Below are positions 1 to 8,462 of a DNA stretch of 64,000 nt, in pieces. The stretch's first letter is position 1; every line of letters begins with the position of its first letter. Made by a program: the position numbers and the translations under genes. Location: positions 28,507-92,506 of the forward strand of contig MGBA01000021.1 of the NCBI GenBank assembly GCA_001789965.1, in the 5' to 3' direction. This stretch comes from Candidatus Roizmanbacteria bacterium RIFCSPLOWO2_02_FULL_40_13. GTDB taxonomy: Bacteria; Patescibacteriota; Microgenomatia; UBA1406; GWC2-37-13. The notes below the pieces were generated by a model. It saw only the letters and a program-made list of their open reading frames with translations. It was not told where the DNA came from and made no database searches.

Positions 1-17
1 AAATAATAGGAAATAAT

Positions 18-695
18 ATGTCAGGATTTATACTCGGAGAGAAGACAGACCAATCCCAAAGATTCACCGAAGACGGTGACAGAATTCCCGTTACATTTGT
101 GAGGACAAATCCCTGTTATCTTATTGGTATTAAAACCAAGGATAAGGACGGATACCAAGCCCTTAAACTCGGATTCGGCTCTGTCAAAAATATTAAAAAA
201 CCAACAGCCGGAGAATTAAAAAAGGCGGGGATAGAAGCCCCGCTTCATTTTTTATCAGAGATTCGACTTGATGGATACGAAGGACAGTTTGAATTTATTG
301 AAGAGAATGGAAAACGCGGAGTTAAACTAGGAGAAACTACAGTTTACACGGGTCAGGAAATGAAACCTTCCCAGTTATTTCAAAAAGGAGAATTAGTTGA
401 TGTAACAGGGACCTCTAAAGGTAAAGGATTTCAGGGCGTTGTAAAAAGACATGGATTTGCTGGTGGACCAAAAACTCACGGTCAATCAGATCGGTGGCGA
501 GCACCAGGTTCTATTGGTCAATCTGCTACTCCCGGGCGCGTCTACAAAGGGAAAAAAATGGCCGGGCGTATGGGTAGCGCGACAGTTACTGTTAGAAAAC
601 TTCAGGTTGTGGAGACTGCTGACGATCATATCGTTTTGAAAGGGACGTTGCCCGGAGGAAAAAAAGGTTTGTTAGAAGTTCGTACTTCCCGATAA
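18..695 (+). CDS. rplC: 50S ribosomal protein L3
   Basis: 225-aa ORF with the L3 signature KGKGFQGVVKRHGFAGGPKTHGQSDRWRAPGSIG. It heads the conserved L3-L4-L23-L2 order. Confidence 0.97.
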   Translation: MSGFILGEKTDQSQRFTEDGDRIPVTFVRTNPCYLIGIKTKDKDGYQALKLGFGSVKNIKKPTAGELKKAGIEAPLHFLSEIRLDGYEGQFEFIEENGKRGVKLGETTVYTGQEMKPSQLFQKGELVDVTGTSKGKGFQGVVKRHGFAGGPKTHGQSDRWRAPGSIGQSATPGRVYKGKKMAGRMGSATVTVRKLQVVETADDHIVLKGTLPGGKKGLLEVRTSR

Positions 696-697
696 CT

Positions 698-1429
698 ATG
701 TCTAAAGCGCAGGATTCAAAAAAAACCACGGAGTCTCCAAAAAGCAAAGAAGCTGTAAAGAATAAGAAAACTTCGAGCACTCCTCTTGAGATGTTAGCCT
801 ACGACATTACTGGGACAAGAAAACCTTCAATGAAGGTTTCATCTGAGATTTTTGACAAAAAGGTAAGCGAAAAACTTCTCGCACAATATGTAAGAGTATA
901 TTTGGCAAATCAACGGCAGGGAAACGCCTCCACGAAAAGCCGGGCAGATGTTAATTTGTCAAAACATAAAATTTACAGACAAAAAGGAACAGGAAAAGCA
1001 AGACACGGAGCAAAAAGCGCTCCAATTTTTGTTGGAGGAGGAATCACGTTTGGTCCAAAACCCAGAGACTTTTCGCTTAATTTTAATAAAAAACAAAAGA
1101 AAAGCGCGCTTTTCGGAGCGTTAACCTTGGCATTTCAAAAACAAAATATCTTAGGGTTAGTAGATAGCGCCACTGAAGTAAAACCAAAGACAAAAGAAGT
1201 CGCCGCGTTCTTTAAGAAGTTAAATCTAGAGAACAAGCGAGTGCTTTTCGTTTTGCCAAAGTTAGAAAAAAACAATCTCGTACTTGCCGCCCGTAACATT
1301 TCAAATGTTAAGCTCATGGATGCAAGATCGCTTAACACATTTGAAGTGATGAAGCAGGAAAAAATTATTTTTCTGAAAAACGCAATAACAGTTTTCGAAG
1401 AACATTTCTTAAAGAAAAATGAAAATTGA
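698..1429 (+). CDS. rplD: 50S ribosomal protein L4 with a Lys/Ser-rich N-terminal extension
   Basis: 243-aa ORF with the L4 core KIYRQKGTGKARHGAKSAPIFVGGGITFGPKPRDF. It starts 2 nt after L3. Confidence 0.93.
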   Translation: MSKAQDSKKTTESPKSKEAVKNKKTSSTPLEMLAYDITGTRKPSMKVSSEIFDKKVSEKLLAQYVRVYLANQRQGNASTKSRADVNLSKHKIYRQKGTGKARHGAKSAPIFVGGGITFGPKPRDFSLNFNKKQKKSALFGALTLAFQKQNILGLVDSATEVKPKTKEVAAFFKKLNLENKRVLFVLPKLEKNNLVLAARNISNVKLMDARSLNTFEVMKQEKIIFLKNAITVFEEHFLKKNEN

Positions 1430-1706
1430 AGGAGTAATTCTCGGACCGGTCTTAACAGAAAAAGCGACAAATCTTGCAACGGGTAAGGTATACATGTTTC
1501 TTATTCATAAAGACGCAACCAAATTTAAAGTCAAAGACGCCTTAGAGAAATTGTATCAGGTAAAGATTTCTCAGGTTTCTATTATGACAAGAAAAGGAAA
1601 AGAAAGAAGAACAGGAAGACGCATGATGAAAAAAACACTTCCAAATAGAAAAATAGCATATGTAAAAGTTACCGAGGGAAAGATAGACCTCTTCCCACAA
1701 GTCTAA
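1419..1706 (+). CDS. rplW: 50S ribosomal protein L23
   Basis: 95-aa ORF in the canonical slot between L4 and L2. L23-like LTEKAT and KVKDALEKLYQVKI motifs. Overlaps the L4 end by 11 nt. Confidence 0.9.
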   Translation: MKIEGVILGPVLTEKATNLATGKVYMFLIHKDATKFKVKDALEKLYQVKISQVSIMTRKGKERRTGRRMMKKTLPNRKIAYVKVTEGKIDLFPQV

Positions 1707-1715
1707 TAAGGCAAT

Positions 1716-2489
1716 ATGAAACAATCGATCATTCAATCAACCAGCGAGCCGGAAAAAAATCTGATAACAATCCTAAAAAAACATTCAGGACGCAATCACT
1801 CCGGAAAAATAACAGTGCGTCATCAGGGCGGAAGACAGAAGAGATATTATCGAGCCATTGATTTCAAAAGAGACAAAAAAGACGTAGAGGGAACCGTTAT
1901 GAGTCTTGAATATGACCCAAACAGAAATGCCCATATCGCACTGATTGAGTATAAAGATGGCGAAAAGCGGTATATCTTGCATCCAAAAGATCTAAAAGTG
2001 GGCGAGAAGGTTGTCTCTTCTGACGAGGGAGACGCAAAGATCGGAAACGCTCTTTTGCTAAAAAACATCCCAATCGGAACTCAGGTTCACAATGTTGAGT
2101 TGTATGCAGGGCAGGGCGGAAAAATGATCCGTGGAGCAGGAACGTTTGCGTCGGTTGTCGCAAAAGATGGTGAGTATGTCCATCTAAAACTGCCATCAGG
2201 AGAGATGAGAAAATTTCTGAAAGATTGCAGAGCGACAATAGGCATGGTAGGGAACGTCGCGCAAAAAGAAGAAATAATAGGAAAAGCGGGAAGAAAAATC
2301 CTTATGGGGATACGGCCGACGGTCCGCGGAACAGCACAAAATCCGCGAAGTCATCCTCACGGGGGAGGAGAAGGCCGCTCTGGAGAAGGCATGCACCCAA
2401 AAACTCCATGGGGTAAGTCTGCAAGAGGTACGAGAACGCGCAAAAAAAACAAATGGAGTAGTAAACTCATTATTTCAAGACGCAAATAA
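1716..2489 (+). CDS. rplB: 50S ribosomal protein L2
   Basis: 257-aa ORF with L2 motifs [19 protein letters not shown] and [19 protein letters not shown]. Confidence 0.97.
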   Translation: MKQSIIQSTSEPEKNLITILKKHSGRNHSGKITVRHQGGRQKRYYRAIDFKRDKKDVEGTVMSLEYDPNRNAHIALIEYKDGEKRYILHPKDLKVGEKVVSSDEGDAKIGNALLLKNIPIGTQVHNVELYAGQGGKMIRGAGTFASVVAKDGEYVHLKLPSGEMRKFLKDCRATIGMVGNVAQKEEIIGKAGRKILMGIRPTVRGTAQNPRSHPHGGGEGRSGEGMHPKTPWGKSARGTRTRKKNKWSSKLIISRRK

Positions 2490-2492
2490 TCT

Positions 2493-2954
2493 ATGGAAGC
2501 TCAAGCATATATAAGAAATGTAAAGATAACGCCTAAAAAACTGAGGTTTTTACTGGCTGGTGTAAAAAGTCTAACACCACGACAGGCAATGGACAGGTTG
2601 TTTTATCTTGAAAAAAGATCGGCTAGGATATTGCATAAAGCGATTCAATCGGCTGTCCATAACGCAAAGACAACTCTGAAGGTTAATGAAGAAGGTTTGG
2701 TTTTTAAAACTCTGGCGATTGAAGAAGGACAAAAATTAAAACGGTATAAAGCCGGAGGAAGAGGCAACGTAAAACCATTCTCGAGAAAATATGCGCATAT
2801 AAAAGTTATTTTACAGGCAAAACAGGTTCCCGCCCTTGCAAAAACTTCTATGAAAACAGAGTCGAAAAAAACAGAACAAGTACCGGCATTAGTAGGAAAG
2901 ACAAACATGAAAAAAACACCGCAAAAAAAAGTTACAAATAAGACAAGTAAATAA
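2493..2954 (+). CDS. rplV: 50S ribosomal protein L22 with a repeated Lys-rich C-terminal tail
   Basis: 153-aa ORF with an L22 core (ITPKKLRFLLAGVKS, GRGNVKPFSRKYAHIKV). Starts 3 nt after L2, with no S19 in between. Confidence 0.92.
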   Translation: MEAQAYIRNVKITPKKLRFLLAGVKSLTPRQAMDRLFYLEKRSARILHKAIQSAVHNAKTTLKVNEEGLVFKTLAIEEGQKLKRYKAGGRGNVKPFSRKYAHIKVILQAKQVPALAKTSMKTESKKTEQVPALVGKTNMKKTPQKKVTNKTSK

Positions 2955-2955
2955 T

Positions 2956-3594
2956 ATGGGGCAAAAAGTACATCCAAAAGGACTAAGGCTTGGAATTTTA
3001 TACAACTGGAGTTCCCGGTGGTTTTTTTCAAACAAAAAAGTTTTTAGAGAAACATTACTGTCAGATATCAATATCAGAAAAAAACTCATGGATCAGTTTA
3101 GATTTGCATCGGTAACCGACGTGGATATCGAGCGGGCCATTAATAAAATAACCGTAATTATTCATTCGGTAAAGCCCGGAATGATTATCGGAAGAGGAGG
3201 AAAGGGACTGGAAGATGTTAAACGATCAGTAATGAGCGACTTAAATCTTACGAAAAAAAATAAAGAGACCAAAGTTGATCTGAAAATTGAACCGGTTAAA
3301 AAACCGTACCTTAATGCATATTTTGTAGGTCAGTCAATCGCGGAAAAATTAGCAAGAGGATTTCCTCATCGTTCGGTCGTGCACAACACCATGAACCGGG
3401 TTACAGAAGCCGGAGCAAAAGGAGTAAAGGTCCAGTTAGGCGGAAGAATCGCAGGAGCAGAGATTTCCCGACGTGAAAAATATTTTCAGGGAACCGTTCC
3501 TACATCTACAATCCGTGAGGATGTAGAGTTTGCTCGATTTCCAGCACTTACGAAGTCAGGATATGTAGGGGTAAAAATTTGGATTTGTAAATAA
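2956..3594 (+). CDS. rpsC: 30S ribosomal protein S3
   Basis: 212-aa ORF. MGQKVHPKGLRLGI N-terminus, KH-domain GMIIGRGGKG, and LGGRIAGAEISRRE. Confidence 0.96.
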   Translation: MGQKVHPKGLRLGILYNWSSRWFFSNKKVFRETLLSDINIRKKLMDQFRFASVTDVDIERAINKITVIIHSVKPGMIIGRGGKGLEDVKRSVMSDLNLTKKNKETKVDLKIEPVKKPYLNAYFVGQSIAEKLARGFPHRSVVHNTMNRVTEAGAKGVKVQLGGRIAGAEISRREKYFQGTVPTSTIREDVEFARFPALTKSGYVGVKIWICK

Positions 3595-3595
3595 C

Positions 3596-4006
3596 ATGTT
3601 AGCACCAAAAAGACAAAAATACAGAAAACAATTTCGTGGTTCCTGGCGGAGAATTGCGGTGAAAGGTGAAAAGCTCAACTTTGGAAATGTTGGCTTAAAG
3701 GCGATTACCCCTGGATGGATTAAAGACCGAGAAATCGAGGCGACTCGTGTCGTACTTGCCCGTGCAACCCGAAAAAGTGGTAAATATTGGATACGGATTT
3801 TTCCTGACAAACCGTTCACGAAAAAACCACCAGAGGTTACGATGGGATCTGGAAAGGGAGAAGTCTCACACTTTGTTGCGTCGGTTACGCCAGGGCGAGT
3901 TCTTTTTGAAATAGATGGATTAGATGAAGCTCAGGTAAAGAATGTTTTCCGCGTGGTTTCATCAAAATTATCAGTGCGGACAAAAATTATCCATAAAAAT
4001 ATATGA
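3596..4006 (+). CDS. rplP: 50S ribosomal protein L16
   Basis: 136-aa ORF. MLAPKRQKYRKQFRG N-terminus and KIWIRIFPDKPFTKKP-type core. Confidence 0.96.
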   Translation: MLAPKRQKYRKQFRGSWRRIAVKGEKLNFGNVGLKAITPGWIKDREIEATRVVLARATRKSGKYWIRIFPDKPFTKKPPEVTMGSGKGEVSHFVASVTPGRVLFEIDGLDEAQVKNVFRVVSSKLSVRTKIIHKNI

Positions 4007-4221
4007 AAAAACTTTATAAAAAGATAAACAGTCAATCAACAAAGGATCTGGAAAAAGAAATAGTCAAATTAAGAGGCGATATCGCAAAAGAAGCGCTAAC
4101 CATGAAGGTTAATCCGCCAAAAGATTCAAACAGTGTATTTAAGAAAAGAAAGACCTTAGCGGTTTATCTTACTGTTCTTTCTGAAAAGAGGGAATTGGAG
4201 ACATTACAAAAAAGTAAATAA
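4003..4221 (+). CDS. rpmC: 50S ribosomal protein L29
   Basis: 72-aa helical Lys-rich ORF in the canonical slot between L16 and S17. ATGA overlap with L16. Confidence 0.85.
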   Translation: MKKLYKKINSQSTKDLEKEIVKLRGDIAKEALTMKVNPPKDSNSVFKKRKTLAVYLTVLSEKRELETLQKSK

Positions 4222-4226
4222 TCAAT

Positions 4227-4511
4227 ATGGCAAAAATATTAACTGGACAGGTAATTTCGACCAAAATGCAGAAAACTCTGGTGGTTTTAGTCGAGAGAAA
4301 ATTAAGACATCCACAATACAGAAAAGTTATTACGCGGAGAAAGAAATATAAGGCTCATTATGAAAACGAAGGAGTCGCAGTGGGAGATATAGTCCAAATA
4401 AAAGAAACCAGACCTATATCAAAAGATAAGCATTTTATGCTTGTCACAAAAGAAGATATGAAAAAAACAGCCATGAAACCTAAAGAAGTTACTGAAAAAA
4501 TAAAAGTTTAA
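4227..4511 (+). CDS. rpsQ: 30S ribosomal protein S17
   Basis: 94-aa ORF with S17 motifs GQVISTKMQKTLVV, HPQYRKV and GDIVQIKETRPISKDK. Confidence 0.93.
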   Translation: MAKILTGQVISTKMQKTLVVLVERKLRHPQYRKVITRRKKYKAHYENEGVAVGDIVQIKETRPISKDKHFMLVTKEDMKKTAMKPKEVTEKIKV

Positions 4512-4520
4512 GACAGTTAT

Positions 4521-4895
4521 ATGTTGCAACTAAGAAGCATGCTGGGTGTCGCCGACAACACAGGTGCAAAAAAAGTACAGATGATAGGAATGCCAAAGCG
4601 AGGAAACAAAAAATTCGCGGCAATAGGAGATGTCATAATCGTCGTGATAAAAGAAGCAATTCCTTATGCGCAGGTAAAAAAAAGTGAAGTTGTTCCGGTG
4701 GTAATAGTTCGCTCAAGAAAAGAAAAACGCAGAAAAGATGGAAGCTATATCAGATTTGACGACAATGCATGCGTGATCCTTCAAGCCAAGGATAGTAAGG
4801 AGCCAAGGGGAACGCGTATCTTTGGTCCAATTGCAAAAGAGATTAAAGACTCAGGATTTAACAAGATTGCATCGCTTGCCGAAGAAGTTTATTAA
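4521..4895 (+). CDS. rplN: 50S ribosomal protein L14
   Basis: 124-aa ORF with L14 motifs VADNTGAKK, DGSYIRFDDNACV and PRGTRIFGP. Confidence 0.96.
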   Translation: MLQLRSMLGVADNTGAKKVQMIGMPKRGNKKFAAIGDVIIVVIKEAIPYAQVKKSEVVPVVIVRSRKEKRRKDGSYIRFDDNACVILQAKDSKEPRGTRIFGPIAKEIKDSGFNKIASLAEEVY

Positions 4896-4900
4896 ATAGT

Positions 4901-5206
4901 ATGAAAATTAAAAAAGGAGATAAAATCATTGTTTCAGCCGGAAAAGATAAGGGAAGAAAAGGAACAGTTGACCGAACATATTCAAATCAGAAAAAAGTCG
5001 TCGTTGGTGGAGTAAATATGGTTAAAAAACACATCACAAAGTCAGAACAAACTCCACAAGGGGGAGTAGTAGAAGTACCAAGATCATTTCATGTTTCAAA
5101 TGTGCTTTTGGTATGTCCAAAATGCGGAAAGGCAACAAAAGTAGCTTACAGCATAGAAAAAAAAGGAAAAAAGCGAATGTGTAAAAAATGCAAAAGCAAG
5201 TTTTAA
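4901..5206 (+). CDS. rplX: 50S ribosomal protein L24, zinc-ribbon (C+) form
   Basis: 101-aa ORF with the KOW motif KKGDKIIVSAGKDKGRKG. The C-terminus carries CPKCGK...CKKC, as in Cys-containing L24 variants. Confidence 0.93.
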   Translation: MKIKKGDKIIVSAGKDKGRKGTVDRTYSNQKKVVVGGVNMVKKHITKSEQTPQGGVVEVPRSFHVSNVLLVCPKCGKATKVAYSIEKKGKKRMCKKCKSKF

Positions 5207-5215
5207 ATAAATATC

Positions 5216-5755
5216 ATGTCAGATTTTAAAAAATATTGTGAACAGGAAGTCTATAAAAAACTTAAGGAAGAGCTTAAGCTTGATAATCCAATGGCAGTAC
5301 CACGAATTAAAAAAATAGTATTAAACGTCGGCGCAGGAGAAGCGGTTACCAACAAGGGAGTTCTTGAAAAAATTCAAGAGCAAGTTAGTTGGATTGCTAG
5401 CCAAAAGCCGGTAATAACAAAAGCGAGATCATCAGTGTCTGCTTTTAAAATCAGGAAGGGATTACCTATTGGAGTAAAGGTAACCCTGAGAGGCAAAAAT
5501 ATGTATTTTTTTCTTGAAAAACTGATTAAGATTGTTATCCCGCGGTTCAGAGACTTTCGTGGGATCTCCGATTCAAATATCGATCAACACGGAAATCTTA
5601 ATCTTGGACTTACCGAGCAGACCATTTTTCCGGAGATTGAATATGACAAGGTGGACAAAATGAGAGGTTTGCAGGTAACCGTTGTAACCAACGCAAAAGA
5701 TAAAATAAAAGGAAAAAAATTATTTGAAACATTAGGAATTCCCTTTAAAGCATAA
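5216..5755 (+). CDS. rplE: 50S ribosomal protein L5
   Basis: 179-aa ORF with L5 motifs [21 protein letters not shown] and [13 protein letters not shown]. Confidence 0.96.
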   Translation: MSDFKKYCEQEVYKKLKEELKLDNPMAVPRIKKIVLNVGAGEAVTNKGVLEKIQEQVSWIASQKPVITKARSSVSAFKIRKGLPIGVKVTLRGKNMYFFLEKLIKIVIPRFRDFRGISDSNIDQHGNLNLGLTEQTIFPEIEYDKVDKMRGLQVTVVTNAKDKIKGKKLFETLGIPFKA

Positions 5756-5757
5756 CT

Positions 5758-5943
5758 ATGGCTAAAACATCAGATGAGGTAAAGTTCAAAAAAAAGCAGA
5801 AGTTTGTGGTGAGGATGCGCAACCGATGTCAGCTTTGTGGAAGATCACGTGGATACATGCGTCGATTCGGATTGTGCCGTATTTGTTTCCGCGACAAGGC
5901 GCTAGTGGGTGAAATTCCAGGAGTTAGAAAAGTTTCTTGGTAA
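5758..5943 (+). CDS. rpsZ: 30S ribosomal protein S14, type Z (zinc-binding)
   Basis: 61-aa ORF with CQLCGR...CRICFR and a C-terminal GVRKVSW. Confidence 0.95.
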   Translation: MAKTSDEVKFKKKQKFVVRMRNRCQLCGRSRGYMRRFGLCRICFRDKALVGEIPGVRKVSW

Positions 5944-5949
5944 TACAAT

Positions 5950-6234
5950 ATGAGTAGATCACTAAAAAAAGGACCATACATAGATCAAAGACTTTTTGAA
6001 AAAGTTACAAAACAAAAAGGATCGAGCGACAGAAGCCCTATAAGAACATGGGCGAGAGCGTCTCAGATACCGCCTGAATTTGTAGGGCACAGGATCGCAG
6101 TACATAACGGAAGAAAACATATAGAACTTTTGATAACCGAAGGAATGGTCGGGCACCGGCTTGGCGAGTTTGCACCGACACGAACATTCAGAACACACGG
6201 AAAAGTTACCAAAAAAGTAATTTCAGCAACATAA
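5950..6234 (+). CDS. rpsS: 30S ribosomal protein S19 in a non-canonical position
   Basis: 94-aa [23 protein letters not shown] and [13 protein letters not shown] closely match the S19 consensus. Confidence 0.96.
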   Translation: MSRSLKKGPYIDQRLFEKVTKQKGSSDRSPIRTWARASQIPPEFVGHRIAVHNGRKHIELLITEGMVGHRLGEFAPTRTFRTHGKVTKKVISAT

Positions 6235-6235
6235 T

Positions 6236-6625
6236 ATGAACAACTCAATCATCGATCTAATAATCCGGATAAAAAACGCATATCTTGCACGAAAAGAGAA
6301 AATTTCCAGTCCACATAGTGGATTCAAGGAAGATGTAACGAAAAAACTAAAGGAATTAGGATATTTGAAGTCATACCAAATTCAAAAAGACGGGAGTAAA
6401 AAAAATATACTGTTGGAGCTCATATATGAAGATGGAGTTCCCGCTTTAACAGATGTAAAAATTATTTCACGACCGGGTCGAAGATGGTATGTCGGAAAAA
6501 AAGAACTAAAACCGGTTTTAGGAGGATTGGGGTATGCAATAGTATCTACTCCGCAAGGAATCCTAACAAGTATCGAGGCAAAAAAGAACCAAACCGGTGG
6601 AGAATTATTATTTGAAATTTGGTAA
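6236..6625 (+). CDS. rpsH: 30S ribosomal protein S8
   Basis: 129-aa ORF. IIRIKNAYLARKE, SRPGRRWY and GGLGYAIVSTPQGILT are S8 motifs. Confidence 0.95.
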   Translation: MNNSIIDLIIRIKNAYLARKEKISSPHSGFKEDVTKKLKELGYLKSYQIQKDGSKKNILLELIYEDGVPALTDVKIISRPGRRWYVGKKELKPVLGGLGYAIVSTPQGILTSIEAKKNQTGGELLFEIW

Positions 6626-6627
6626 TT

Positions 6628-7179
6628 ATGTCAAAAATAGGAGAAAAACCAATAATTATTACAGAGGGAGTAAATGTGGCCATGGTCGGAGCTGCAGTAT
6701 CAGTAAAAGGAAAAGAAGGGGAATTGTCGATAGATATACCAAGAGAACTGGAAGTAAAGTTGGAAAAAGAACAGGTGAACGTAAGACGAAAAAACGAAGT
6801 AAAAAAAGTAAAAGCTCTTCACGGACTTTATAGGACGTTGATTTCAAATGCAATGCAAGGAGTCGTGACACCATGGCAAAAGAGACTCGAGATAGTAGGG
6901 ACCGGGTACAACGCAAAGATGCAGGGAGAAGATCTTGCTTTAAAAGTGGGATATTCACACCCGATCGTCTTTAAAAAAGTCACAGGAATTAAGTTTCAAG
7001 TTGACGGAAACAATATAATCATTATCTCAGGAGTTGATAAGCAATTAGTAGGGCAGGTTGCTCATCAGATAAAAACTAATAAAAAACCAGATCCATACAA
7101 AGGAAAAGGTATTAGGTATGAAGGTGAACGGTTAAAACTTAAGCCGGGGAAAAAGGCAAAAACAGCAGGAGCTGCGTAA
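6628..7179 (+). CDS. rplF: 50S ribosomal protein L6
   Basis: MSKIGEKPI N-terminus, YSHPIVF and KKPDPYKGKGIRYEGE. I prefer the ATG at 6628 over the track's TTG at 6619, which overlaps S8. Confidence 0.94.
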   Translation: MSKIGEKPIIITEGVNVAMVGAAVSVKGKEGELSIDIPRELEVKLEKEQVNVRRKNEVKKVKALHGLYRTLISNAMQGVVTPWQKRLEIVGTGYNAKMQGEDLALKVGYSHPIVFKKVTGIKFQVDGNNIIIISGVDKQLVGQVAHQIKTNKKPDPYKGKGIRYEGERLKLKPGKKAKTAGAA

Positions 7180-7182
7180 CAT

Positions 7183-7539
7183 ATGAAAAAAGTACAGACA
7201 GACAGAGTTTTGAGAAAAAAAAAGCGAGTGAGAGGGAAGCTTTTTGGGACGCATGAAGTTCCAAAGATTTCTGTGTTCCGCTCTAATAGATATGTATACG
7301 CTCAGGCAATCGATGATGGCAAGCGGGTAACAATCGCTTCCTCATCCAGTTATACCAAAACGAAAAGTAATGAAAAAATATCAAAAGCAGATCAATCAAA
7401 AAAAGTTGGAAAAGATTTGGCACAAAAACTCATTAAAAAAGGTATTAAAAAAGCAATTTTCGATCGAGGACCTTATAAATATCTTGGAAGAGTGAAGTCG
7501 CTCGCAGAAGGTTTGCGAGAAGGAGGACTACAAGTTTAA
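7183..7539 (+). CDS. rplR: 50S ribosomal protein L18
   Basis: 118-aa ORF. ISVFRSNRYVYAQAIDD and FDRGPYKYLGRVKSLAEGLREGGL are L18 motifs. Confidence 0.93.
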   Translation: MKKVQTDRVLRKKKRVRGKLFGTHEVPKISVFRSNRYVYAQAIDDGKRVTIASSSSYTKTKSNEKISKADQSKKVGKDLAQKLIKKGIKKAIFDRGPYKYLGRVKSLAEGLREGGLQV

Positions 7540-7545
7540 ACATTT

Positions 7546-8001
7546 ATGGATAGAAACACAGAGGAGAAAAAAATAGAAGAGAGAGTGCTTCTTATTCGGC
7601 GCGTCTCAAAAAAAACAACTGGAGGAAACTATATTACGTTTTCCGCACTCGTTGTGGTGGGGGACAGAAAAGGATCTGTAGGGATCGGTATCGGCCGTTC
7701 TCAAGAAGTTCCGCCTGCTATTAAAAAAGCAATTTCATACGCAAAAAAACATATGTTTTTGATTCCTCTTCACAAATCAACGATTCCGCATCAAGTCAAG
7801 TTGAAGTATAAAGCGGCAAAGATTCTTTTGAAACCTGCGCCCGAAGGAACAGGATTAAAGGTTGGAAGTGTGGTACGTGCGCTTCTTGAACTTGCCGGCG
7901 TAGAGAATGCATCAGGAAAAATAATCGGATCCCGCAATCAGATCGTTAATACATATGCAGTTCTTCGTGCTCTAAGAAGTTTAAAAGCGCGTAAAAAATA
8001 A
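7546..8001 (+). CDS. rpsE: 30S ribosomal protein S5
   Basis: 151-aa ORF with S5 motifs RRVSKKTTGG, VVVGDRKGSVGIG and GTGLKVGSVVRALLELAGV. Confidence 0.95.
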   Translation: MDRNTEEKKIEERVLLIRRVSKKTTGGNYITFSALVVVGDRKGSVGIGIGRSQEVPPAIKKAISYAKKHMFLIPLHKSTIPHQVKLKYKAAKILLKPAPEGTGLKVGSVVRALLELAGVENASGKIIGSRNQIVNTYAVLRALRSLKARKK

Positions 8002-8003
8002 CT

Positions 8004-8462
8004 ATGGGAGTTTTATTGTCTCAATTGCCAAAAATGGTAAATCGTAAAAAAAAGCGAGTCGGAAGAGGAAGCGGTAGCGGACGGGGCGCAAAATCAGGAA
8101 GAGGAACCACCAGACATCAAAAAGCACGGTCAAACATCCCTTTACATTTTGAAGGAGGCCAGGCGAAAATGGTTAAAAAATATCCTCTTTTGAGAGGAAA
8201 AGGTAAAAATAAATCGGTTAAGAGGGAGGAACAATCCATTTCTTTAACCTCTCTTAATAAATTAAAGGTAAACGAAGTGGTTGATTTAGCAAATCTTTTG
8301 AAATACGGTATTATAGATACGCAAAGGAAAACGACCAGAGTAAGAATAGTTGCAACTGGCACGTTAGATAAAAAACTCATAGTCCGACTGCCAGTTTCCA
8401 AAAAAGCAGGAAAATTAATAGAAAAGGTTGGTGGCAAAATAGAAACTCCATGGAAAAAATAA
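8004..8462 (+). CDS. rplO: 50S ribosomal protein L15
   Basis: 152-aa ORF with a Gly/Arg-rich N-terminus ([25 protein letters not shown]). It follows S5 directly, with no L30 gene. Confidence 0.92.
   Translation: MGVLLSQLPKMVNRKKKRVGRGSGSGRGAKSGRGTTRHQKARSNIPLHFEGGQAKMVKKYPLLRGKGKNKSVKREEQSISLTSLNKLKVNEVVDLANLLKYGIIDTQRKTTRVRIVATGTLDKKLIVRLPVSKKAGKLIEKVGGKIETPWKK

Noticed and set aside
1135-3089. Several 64-128-aa minus-strand ORFs antisense to L4, L23, L2, L22 and S3, plus same-strand alternative frames such as 2225-2416 and 6597-6833
   Set aside because: They arise because Lys/Glu-rich (AAA/GAA) coding sequence gives open Phe/Ser-rich antisense frames. All are fully embedded in highly conserved r-protein genes.
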